From an uncultured Clostridia bacterium (GTDB taxonomy: Bacteria; Bacillota; Clostridia; TANB77; CAG-508): a stretch of 64,000 nt of DNA. The notes beneath the pieces are model-generated. The model was not told the origin of the DNA and ran no database searches. It saw only the letters and a program-made list of their open reading frames with translations. Each line of letters starts with the position of its first letter. Position 1 is the stretch's first letter. Where the stretch lies: NCBI GenBank assembly GCA_934130355.1, contig CAKOXV010000002.1, positions 4,204 to 68,203 of the forward strand, read 5' to 3'. This document shows, piece by piece, positions 27,030 to 34,694 of this stretch. The translations under genes and the position numbers were made by a program.

Positions 27030-27563
27030 ATGAAAAAAATCAATTTGCGTTTTGCTTCGATGGCACTTGCTATCATGATGCTGGTACTCAGCATTCCGAC
27101 TTTTGCCTTTGCAGCAGAAGAAAACACAGCTCAGCAACTGCATGAGAACGTTGTTTCTGTTGAAGAACTGGACAACGGCAAGGTTCGGACAACTTATGAG
27201 TTCGAAGTAACTCCTGAGAGTGTGGATGACAATGGTATTGCTACTTATGCAATCGATTCGTCTTTCACCATGACCGGTACCTACTATCGTGGCGCTGACA
27301 GAACGTATGATGGTGATTATCTGGACTATACTATGATTGTTACTTCCGCCGATACCAGTGAAACTAGAAAAGTTTCTATTGAGTTGTGGGATTACAATCA
27401 TAGTAGAGCTTTGCAAACTGATATCGTAACTGTAAATGGAGAAAATATTTCCACGTACGATGTTCCTATTGTTGCCAATAGAACATACTTCTTTAAATAT
27501 TATTTGGTTGGAGGTTCTACTACAAGTATCAGAATCAGAATGATTATTGATAGTTGGAGTTAA
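27030..27563 (+). CDS. Secreted hypothetical protein (signal peptide ...PTFAFA-AEEN), compositionally foreign
   Basis: AAGGAGG RBS and a classic signal peptide. Uses CTG/GGC/ACC/CGT codons that are rare elsewhere in the window. About 40% GC by eye. Confidence 0.6.
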   Translation: MKKINLRFASMALAIMMLVLSIPTFAFAAEENTAQQLHENVVSVEELDNGKVRTTYEFEVTPESVDDNGIATYAIDSSFTMTGTYYRGADRTYDGDYLDYTMIVTSADTSETRKVSIELWDYNHSRALQTDIVTVNGENISTYDVPIVANRTYFFKYYLVGGSTTSIRIRMIIDSWS

Positions 27564-27572
27564 CAAGAATTA

Positions 27573-27587
27573 AGCAAATCATTTTTC
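27573..27587. repeat. Right arm of the 15-bp perfect inverted repeat
   Basis: AGCAAATCATTTTTC is the reverse complement of 26988-27002. Confidence 0.85.
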
Positions 27588-27597
27588 TATAAAAACG

Positions 27598-27624
27598 AAA
27601 GGCATCCTGAATAAGGATGTCTTT
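27598..27624. terminator. Bidirectional terminator AAAGGCATCC-TGAATAA-GGATGTCTTTT
   Basis: Hairpin with a T-run, between convergent ORFs. Confidence 0.7.
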
Positions 27625-27629
27625 TGTTT

Positions 27630-28718
27630 TTATTTAGATAACTCTAAATCTATTTCTTTAGATGAGTCTAAGTTAATATGTAAATATAATTTATTAATAT
27701 TATCATAAGTAGAAATAGGATATGTCAATGTTATTGTACTAGAATAAGGTTCTGTGTTGTTAATGTTTTGAGAGCGCGTTTTTGTTGGTCTATATTTATT
27801 GCCATTTTCATCTTTTAAAATAATTGAATTTCTTCTATAAAGTGTTGCTTCATCAAATAATGTGTTTAATTTTAGCTCAATTGAAAGAGATGTATTAGTA
27901 AGAGAAGTTGTAATATTATCAACATAAGGACTTTCTGTAGAAGAATATTCATATGAATCTCTTGTAACGAATTTATCATCCATGCGTATTGAAAAGTTCC
28001 AATTACCATCAATATACTCAATATTATCATTTTTCATTAATTCTATATCTACAATTTCAATGTGTAACACTTGAGATGCAGGAAATTGGTTAGAAAAACT
28101 TAATACTGATTCTCTAATAGTAGTATTATCTAAAAATTCGATTTTATTGCTTGATTTTACAGTAGTACCTAAAGCATTAAAAATATTTGCATCAGAATGA
28201 TTTTTGGAAACCGCACATAATACATTATCTTCTTCATCCTTAATTGTCAAATTACCAAATGTCATACTATCAAAAGCAACATCATCTCCATAATACTTAT
28301 AAACAAATGAAATATCTAAATTCTTATCATCCATAAGTAAATAATCAACTTTAACGCCAATATCGCCACATTTTATAAAATCCATATCCACATTTTGTAC
28401 ATATCCATTGTCAACAGCTTTATCAATACCAGAATTACTATTTGTAAAAATCTTAGATATAAAATTAACTATATCTTTAGCATAAACAGTTGTTGCAGTA
28501 ATAACACCAAGAGAAACTACGAAAACAGCAACTCTTTTTAGTAGAATAGCATTATTAGTAGTATTTTCTTCTTTAGATTTAGTTGAATTTAGGGCATTTT
28601 CAATAGTACTTTGAGTAGAAAGAGGAAGCTGTGTAGCTTTATTTTTATAATAATCAAATAGCATTTTATCAAAAGCATCTGGTTGATTAAACATTTCGAA
28701 TTTATCTTTTTCTTCCAT
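27630..28718 (-). CDS. Anti-sigma factor-like membrane protein (DUF4179-type)
   Basis: Overlaps the upstream sigma gene by 17 nt. Short cytoplasmic N-terminus, a single TM helix (VAVFVVSLGVITATTVYA), and a large extracytoplasmic beta-rich domain. Confidence 0.6.
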   Translation of the reverse strand: MEEKDKFEMFNQPDAFDKMLFDYYKNKATQLPLSTQSTIENALNSTKSKEENTTNNAILLKRVAVFVVSLGVITATTVYAKDIVNFISKIFTNSNSGIDKAVDNGYVQNVDMDFIKCGDIGVKVDYLLMDDKNLDISFVYKYYGDDVAFDSMTFGNLTIKDEEDNVLCAVSKNHSDANIFNALGTTVKSSNKIEFLDNTTIRESVLSFSNQFPASQVLHIEIVDIELMKNDNIEYIDGNWNFSIRMDDKFVTRDSYEYSSTESPYVDNITTSLTNTSLSIELKLNTLFDEATLYRRNSIILKDENGNKYRPTKTRSQNINNTEPYSSTITLTYPISTYDNINKLYLHINLDSSKEIDLELSK

Positions 28719-29250
28719 TTTTTAGCCCTCCTTCATTATAAATTTCTTGCAATTTCTGTTTTGCTCTTAAAATCCTACTCTTTACAGTATTAACACTAAT
28801 ATTCAAAATCCTTGAAATCTCTGTTGGTGTATAATTGTTTTTATAATAAAGAGTAAGAATAAGTCTTTCATCATAATTCAAGCGATTTATTAACAAATCG
28901 AAATCAATCTCATTTTCTTTAGTCTGAATCTCTCTTTCTGCGTAAGAAACTACATCTATTGAAGTTGATAATGCACTAAAAAGACCTAATTCTTGTTTCT
29001 TTTTACGGTGAATGTTATTACATTCATTTATTAAGATTTTCATAATCCAAGTTTTAAAATAACTAGGAGTTTTTAATGTAGGCAATTTTGCATAAGAAAT
29101 CATAATCGTTTCTTGCAAAGCATCATTAACATCATCAATATCATGTAACTGAGAGACAGCTATTTTATACATATCAGCTTGGATGCTTTTAACTAATTTT
29201 ATATAAGCATCTTGTTCGCCTTTCAAAGAACGTTCTATTAATTCTTCCAA
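28702..29250 (-). CDS. ECF-type RNA polymerase sigma-70 family factor
   Basis: Region 2 (DDVNDALQETIMISY...FKTWIMKILINECNN) and region 4 (ERLILTLYY..NYTPTEISRILNISVNTVKSRILRAKQKL). Confidence 0.85.
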   Translation of the reverse strand: MEELIERSLKGEQDAYIKLVKSIQADMYKIAVSQLHDIDDVNDALQETIMISYAKLPTLKTPSYFKTWIMKILINECNNIHRKKKQELGLFSALSTSIDVVSYAEREIQTKENEIDFDLLINRLNYDERLILTLYYKNNYTPTEISRILNISVNTVKSRILRAKQKLQEIYNEGGLKNGRKR

Positions 29251-29506
29251 ATTAAATCTCCTTTCATTAAAATAATAATGAATTTATACAATCTATCCTA
29301 TAGAGTATAAATTTTTTTGTATAAGTATACAAGCCGCAAAAAGCGATATTAAATCTTCATATAATACATCACCACCCAAAAATCGACACAGAAAATGTCA
29401 TAATTTGTAATATATTGGTATTATAATTGAAAAAATATTAAAACGTGGAGTACATTTTGACATCTTTTTCCATATACTTAATAAAATTTACAGAGGTGAT
29501 TATGGC

Positions 29507-29620
29507 TTGAAGAAGGTAGAAGAAAATTACACAAAAAATGGAAAAGATTTATCTGAATTAATACAAGAGTGGTTTAATGAAAATAGAGAACAATTATATA
29601 AATTGTTAGAGGATAAATAA
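29507..29620 (+). CDS. 37-aa ORF translationally coupled to the recombinase (candidate accessory/directionality factor)
   Basis: Own translation from TTG: (M)KKVEENYTKNGKDLSELIQEWFNENREQLYKLLEDK. RBS GAGGTG 8 nt upstream. The stop is 1 nt before the recombinase ATG. Confidence 0.3.
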   Translation: MKKVEENYTKNGKDLSELIQEWFNENREQLYKLLEDK

Positions 29621-29621
29621 T

Positions 29622-31199
29622 ATGATTAAAATTAAAAGTAATTCAAAAGAAAAAATATGGAAAGTTGGGATATATGCAAGAATTTCGAGAGAAGACGAGA
29701 AAAGTGAAAAATATAAAGAGCAATCAGAAAGTATAGAAAATCAAATTAATTTTTTAGTTCCTATAATAGAAAAAAATGGTTGGGAGCTCGTAGAAATTTA
29801 TAAAGATGATGGATATACAGGAACAAATTTTGAAAGACCAGATTTTTTAAGAATGTTAAGAGACATTGAACTTGAAAAAATAAATTTAGTAATAACCAAA
29901 GATTTATCAAGGCTTGGAAGAGATTATATAGAAGTGGGAAAATTTATAGAAAGATATTTTCCTGTTAAAAATGTTAGATATATTGCTGTGAATGATAATG
30001 TCGATACTTATGATATAAATAATATTAATAATGATATAACACCATTTAAAGCAGTATTTAATGATATGTATTCAAAAGATATTTCAAAAAAAGTACGAAC
30101 ATCAATAATAACAAAAGCCAAAAGAGGAGAATGTATAAAAGCTTTTTTGCCTTATGGTTATAAAAAATCAATAAATGATAAAAATGTTATATTAGTAGAT
30201 GAAGAGGTAGCTGATAATATAAAATTAATATTTGATTTATATAAAAATGGAAAAAGTAAAAAAGAAATTGCCACAATATTAAATGAAAAAAATATAATAA
30301 CACCATTAAAATATAAAGAAAAAACAACTAATTATTATAATCCTAATTCAAAACACACATATAGGTGGAATACAACATCTATAAATAAAATTTTGAGAGA
30401 TAGAACTTATATAGGAGATTTGGTTCAGTTAAAATATAATAAAGTAAACTACAAAATCAAAAAAGTTGAGAAAAAGACACCTGATGAATATGTAATAATA
30501 AAAAATAATCATGTTCCAATAATAGATAATCAAACTTTCAATTTGGTACAAGATATGTTAAACAAGCAAACTAATGAATGGAATTATGGAAATGTTACTA
30601 AACATTTATTATCAGGTTTGGCTTTTTGCAAATGCGGAGGAAGAATAACTTATATTAAAAATAGTAAACAAAAATTTAGATGTATGTGTTCAAATTATAA
30701 AAAATATGGCAAAAGTTTTTGCACAAATGTACATATTAATGAGGATGAGTTGATAGAAGAAGTAATAAATTCATTAAAAGAGAATATTAAGCAGAATTTC
30801 AATATTAAAAATCTAAAGATAGTGTGGAAAAAAGATGAAACAGATTTTTTGAAAAATATACAAAAATTAAATAAAATGAAAGAAGAAACTAATAGGATAA
30901 TTGGCAACTTATATGAGGCTCAAAATAGTGGTCAAATTTCACAAGATACGTTTTTTATGCTAGTTCAAAAATATGAGGAACAAAGAAATTGCTATGAGAG
31001 AAAAATACAAAATATTAAACAATATGAACTAAAAAATGAGAAAATTCAAAATATGAGCCAAATGAAAATCATACGAAAGGTAAATGAAGTTTTAGAGTTT
31101 AAAGAGATAAATCAAGAAACTAAAAATTTGATTTTTAAATTAATTGATAAAATTATAATTGATGATAAAAACATAGAAATAAAATATAAATTCAAGTGA
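29622..31199 (+). CDS. Large serine recombinase (resolvase/invertase N-domain, recombinase domain, zinc ribbon, coiled coil)
   Basis: VGIYARISRED...S..NQ catalytic region, DDGYTGTNFERPDF, ITKDLSRLGRDY, and CKCGGR...CMCSNYKKYGKSFC zinc ribbon. Its stop codon lies 13 nt from the AAGGCCA core. Confidence 0.9.
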   Translation: MIKIKSNSKEKIWKVGIYARISREDEKSEKYKEQSESIENQINFLVPIIEKNGWELVEIYKDDGYTGTNFERPDFLRMLRDIELEKINLVITKDLSRLGRDYIEVGKFIERYFPVKNVRYIAVNDNVDTYDINNINNDITPFKAVFNDMYSKDISKKVRTSIITKAKRGECIKAFLPYGYKKSINDKNVILVDEEVADNIKLIFDLYKNGKSKKEIATILNEKNIITPLKYKEKTTNYYNPNSKHTYRWNTTSINKILRDRTYIGDLVQLKYNKVNYKIKKVEKKTPDEYVIIKNNHVPIIDNQTFNLVQDMLNKQTNEWNYGNVTKHLLSGLAFCKCGGRITYIKNSKQKFRCMCSNYKKYGKSFCTNVHINEDELIEEVINSLKENIKQNFNIKNLKIVWKKDETDFLKNIQKLNKMKEETNRIIGNLYEAQNSGQISQDTFFMLVQKYEEQRNCYERKIQNIKQYELKNEKIQNMSQMKIIRKVNEVLEFKEINQETKNLIFKLIDKIIIDDKNIEIKYKFK

Positions 31200-31213
31200 C
31201 CCAAAATGAACGA

Positions 31214-31453
31214 AGGCCATGGTTCTTCAAGCCATCTCCATTTGTTACATGGAAATTGAATTGTCAAAGGTCCATAAACTTTTTGATATTTATCTGTTAA
31301 TTCTCTATATTCTTTGGCATATTTTCTGTGTAAACAAAGTGCTTTTTCATCATCAACGTGAGTATCTAAATATAATCCTAATTCAGTCATAGCAAAATTC
31401 AAACACTTAATTCTTTCTAACATATCTTCTCTACAATTTTCGTTATCTAGCAT
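31214..31453 (-). CDS. cotJB: Spore coat protein CotJB, 5' segment (codons 1-80). The track ORF 31112-31453 reads through into the element.
   Basis: MLERIKCLNFAMTELGLYLDTH.DD..AL...YA..Y..L...Y...YGPLT...W.W..EPWP is the CotJB pattern. After codon 80 the unexcised frame gives a hydrophobic nonsense tail (SFILGHLNLYFISMFL...). Confidence 0.85.
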
Positions 31454-31815
31454 TTGTTACACCCCTTTCCAATTGTATTTGTGGCTTCTAAGAATTCATT
31501 TGTCCTCATTGATTGGCAAGGCATATAAGGGCTAACTAATTCAGGAAATAAAGTTCCCATTTTTAAGCCAACACAAGGTTTAAAAGTTTGGTCCATAAAT
31601 TGCCATGGAACATAACTTTGACCTAACATTGGATTCTCTGGAAATACACTTACTTCGTATTCTTCATCAAATCCACATTCACACATATCTTTTTCATAAT
31701 CTTCACAATTGCATGAACACATATTATTACATTGATCTTCTATTATAGTATTATCAGTAGTGTTAGAAACACTATTATTCATACAACAGCATTTTTTGAA
31801 ATTTCTAGTAAACAT
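31447..31815 (-). CDS. cotJA: Spore coat associated protein CotJA
   Basis: The C-terminal PMLGQSYVPWQ.....F.P..GL..GTLFPEL..PY motif is typical of CotJA. Overlaps the cotJB start by 7 nt. Confidence 0.8.
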   Translation of the reverse strand: MFTRNFKKCCCMNNSVSNTTDNTIIEDQCNNMCSCNCEDYEKDMCECGFDEEYEVSVFPENPMLGQSYVPWQFMDQTFKPCVGLKMGTLFPELVSPYMPCQSMRTNEFLEATNTIGKGCNKC

Positions 31816-31953
31816 ATAGTCCTCCTTTTTAATAAATATACTACATAATATGACAAAAAAATAATTATGTGAAAATTTTCAGATTTTCACATAAAATTCA
31901 TAATTATATAGTAAAATACATAAGATTAAAATCGGAAAGAAAGGAATGTTCAA

Positions 31954-34554
31954 ATGTTACAATTAAAAGATATAACAAAAACTTATTTATCAGGAGATAA
32001 TGAAGTAAAAGCACTAAAAGGAATTAGCCTTGAATTTAGAGAAAGCGAGTTTGTATCTATATTAGGTCAGAGTGGATGTGGAAAAACCACTTTGCTAAAT
32101 ATTATAGGTGGACTAGATAGATATACAACAGGAGATTTAATAATAAATGATAAAACAACTAAAGAATTTAAAGATAAAGATTGGGATACATATAGAAACC
32201 ACTCTATAGGCTTTATATTTCAGAGCTATAATTTAATACCACATCAAACAGTTTTGGCAAATGTTGAATTAGCATTAACAATATCAGGAGTAAATAAAAC
32301 AGAGAGAAGAAAAAGAGCAATTGAAGCATTAGAAAAAGTTGGGCTTGGAGATCAATTAAATAAAAAACCTAATCAAATGTCAGGTGGACAAATGCAAAGA
32401 GTTGCAATTGCAAGAGCATTAGTAAACGACCCAGATATATTATTAGCAGATGAACCAACAGGAGCTCTTGATTCACAAACAAGTGTGCAAGTAATGGAAA
32501 TATTGAAAGAAATTTCAAAAGATAGATTAATTATAATGGTAACACATAATCCAGAATTAGCTGAAAAATATTCAACAAGAATAATTAAGTTATTAGATGG
32601 AAAAGTAACAGATGATTCAAATCCTTATGTCGCAAGTAAAAAAGATTTAGACAAGGCTCGTACTAAAAAAGAAAAAACAGGAAAAGCTTCAATGAAATTT
32701 ACAACTGCAGTACGTTTAAGTATGAATAATTTAATGACTAAAAAAGGTAGAACTTTTTTAACATCATTTGCAGGTAGTATAGGAATAATAGGAATTGCAC
32801 TCATTTTATCACTTTCAAATGGAATGCAATCATATATAAATAGAGTTGAAGAAGATACATTGTCATCATATCCAATTACAATACAAGAAGCAACAATTGA
32901 TATGTCAAGTATGCTTGAATCAATGATGGGAGATGGAGATAAAACAGAACATGAGGATGGAAAAATTTATTCTCGTGCAATAGTAAATGACATATTAGAA
33001 ACAATATCAACAAAAATTCAGACAAATAATTTAGAAGAATTTAAAAAGTTTATAGAAAGTGATGAAACAAATATAAAAGATTATATAAATGCGGTTCAAT
33101 ATAGTTATAATCTTAATTTAAATATATATAAAAATGATGAAGAAAAAATTCAACAAGTAAATCCAAGCATAGTATTCGAAAAACTTGGGTTTGAAAATAT
33201 GACTCAAACTAATTCTCAATCAGAAATGTTTTCAAGTGGAATGTTTATGACACAAACTGATGTATGGACAGAAATGCTTGATAACAAAGAACTATTAAAA
33301 TCACAATATGATGTAGTTGCAGGAAAATGGCCAGAAAAATATAATGAAGTAGTATTAATTGTAGATAAAAATAATGAAATAAGTGATTATACACTATATT
33401 CATTAGGAATAAAAGATATTAAAGAATTAGAAGAATCAATGAAAAAAATAAAAAATGGTGAAGAAGTTAAATCATCAGCAGAAAATGAAAGCTATTCATA
33501 TCAAGATATTTTGAATTATAAATTTAAAGTTGTATTAAATACAGATTATTATAAAAAAGTAGGAAATGTATGGCAAGACATGTCAGAAAATGACGAATAT
33601 ATGAAAGAACTTATAAAAAATGCTGAAGAGATTTCTGTAGTAGGAATTATTAGACCAAATGAAGAAACTGTTGCAACTTCAGGCTCAGGATTAATCGGAT
33701 ATAATAAAGAACTTAAAGAATATGTAATAAATAAAATTAATGAAGCTGAAATAGTAAAAGAACAAAAAAATGATCCTAAAATAAATGTATTTACAGGAAT
33801 AGAATTTCCAGAAAATTCAGATGCTTCATTTGATTTCTCACAATTATCAGATGAACAAAAAATGCTTATGGCATCTCTTTCTCAAGAAGAATTAGCTGAA
33901 TTGATGAAAACATATTCAGAAAATGCAAAAGCTAATTATGAAGATAATCTAACGAAACTAGGAGTAGTTGAATTAAGTAATCCGAGTGCAATAAATATTT
34001 ATGCAAAAGATTTTGACTCAAAGGAAATGATTTCAAATATTATAACGGATTACAATAACAAGCAAACAGAAAACGGAAAAGAAGAAAATGTTATAAATTA
34101 TACAGATATTGTTGGAATTATGATGAATTCAGTATCTACAATTATAAATGTAATTAGTTATGCATTAATTGCATTCGTAGGAATCTCATTAGTGGTTTCT
34201 TCAATTATGATTGGAATTATAACTTATATTTCAGTTCTAGAAAGAACAAAAGAAATAGGAATTCTTCGTAGTATAGGAGCATCAAAAAAAGATGTATCAA
34301 GAGTGTTTAATGCAGAAACTTTAATTATAGGTTTAGTGGCAGGATTGATTGGTATAGGTGTAACATTATTGTTAAATATTCCTATAAACATGGTAATAAA
34401 ATCAATAACTGGAATTTCTCAAATATCAAAATTACCTGTTATTGGAGGCACAATTTTAGTTGCTATTAGTGTTGGATTAACTATGTTTGCTGGCTTAATT
34501 CCAGCAAGATTTGCAGCAAAGCGTGACCCAGTTGAGGCTTTAAGAAGTGAATAA
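31954..34554 (+). CDS. Fused ABC transporter ATP-binding/FtsX-family permease (MacB-like)
   Basis: N-terminal Walker A GQSGCGKTT, LSGGQMQRVAIARAL and LLADEPTGALD. C-terminal FtsX-type TM bundle. Confidence 0.85.
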   Translation: MLQLKDITKTYLSGDNEVKALKGISLEFRESEFVSILGQSGCGKTTLLNIIGGLDRYTTGDLIINDKTTKEFKDKDWDTYRNHSIGFIFQSYNLIPHQTVLANVELALTISGVNKTERRKRAIEALEKVGLGDQLNKKPNQMSGGQMQRVAIARALVNDPDILLADEPTGALDSQTSVQVMEILKEISKDRLIIMVTHNPELAEKYSTRIIKLLDGKVTDDSNPYVASKKDLDKARTKKEKTGKASMKFTTAVRLSMNNLMTKKGRTFLTSFAGSIGIIGIALILSLSNGMQSYINRVEEDTLSSYPITIQEATIDMSSMLESMMGDGDKTEHEDGKIYSRAIVNDILETISTKIQTNNLEEFKKFIESDETNIKDYINAVQYSYNLNLNIYKNDEEKIQQVNPSIVFEKLGFENMTQTNSQSEMFSSGMFMTQTDVWTEMLDNKELLKSQYDVVAGKWPEKYNEVVLIVDKNNEISDYTLYSLGIKDIKELEESMKKIKNGEEVKSSAENESYSYQDILNYKFKVVLNTDYYKKVGNVWQDMSENDEYMKELIKNAEEISVVGIIRPNEETVATSGSGLIGYNKELKEYVINKINEAEIVKEQKNDPKINVFTGIEFPENSDASFDFSQLSDEQKMLMASLSQEELAELMKTYSENAKANYEDNLTKLGVVELSNPSAINIYAKDFDSKEMISNIITDYNNKQTENGKEENVINYTDIVGIMMNSVSTIINVISYALIAFVGISLVVSSIMIGIITYISVLERTKEIGILRSIGASKKDVSRVFNAETLIIGLVAGLIGIGVTLLLNIPINMVIKSITGISQISKLPVIGGTILVAISVGLTMFAGLIPARFAAKRDPVEALRSE

Positions 34555-34557
34555 TGT

Positions 34558-34609
34558 AAAAAAATGGGGACGGTTCTTTTCTTTTCAAATTAGGAATTGT
34601 CCTCTTTTT
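34558..34609. repeat. Two inverted-orientation relatives of the GGACNGTCC/A-tract motif (TGGGGACGGTTCTTTT and AGGAATTGTCCTCTTTTT)
   Basis: The reverse complements AAAAGAACCGTCCCCA and AAAAAGAGGACAATTCCT resemble AAAAAGGACCGTCCCCA at 18.3 kb. Confidence 0.5.
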
Positions 34610-34694
34610 ACAGCTTTATCAAAATTGACAAAAGAAAACAAAATATGATATATTTATATAGAATTGAATTGATTTTAAAATGTAGGAGAAGAAA

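Larger units (their letters stand above)
25921..31219. mobile_element. 5.3-kb intervening element inserted in cotJB (skin-like), bounded by 7-bp direct repeats AAGGCCA (25921-25927 and 31213-31219), with a large serine recombinase at the right end
   Basis: The cotJB reading frame is broken at 31213. The element carries the recombinase, a sigma/anti-sigma pair, a Spo0A-like gene and a secreted protein. Deleting 5292 bp between the cores restores ...EEPWPWEGGMF-stop. Confidence 0.85.

Noticed and set aside
27015-27566. 183-aa minus-strand ORF fully overlapping the 27030-27563 plus-strand ORF.
   Set aside because: The plus-strand frame has an AAGGAGG RBS, a textbook signal peptide and a downstream terminator. 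The minus frame has no RBS and no recognisable features.
25921-31219. The recombinase-bearing island interpreted as a prophage or an ICE.
   Set aside because: Only about 5.3 kb, and I saw no capsid, tail, terminase, replication or conjugation genes. The content and position fit a degenerate or skin-like intervening element better.
31867-31892. Palindrome ATGTGAAAAT-TTTCAG-ATTTTCACAT between cotJA and the ABC transporter gene as a Rex or CRP/FNR-type operator.
   Set aside because: The TGTGA/TCACA half-sites are separated by about 14 bp rather than the 6 bp of Rex or CRP-family boxes. It may still be a hairpin or another operator, but I cannot assign it.
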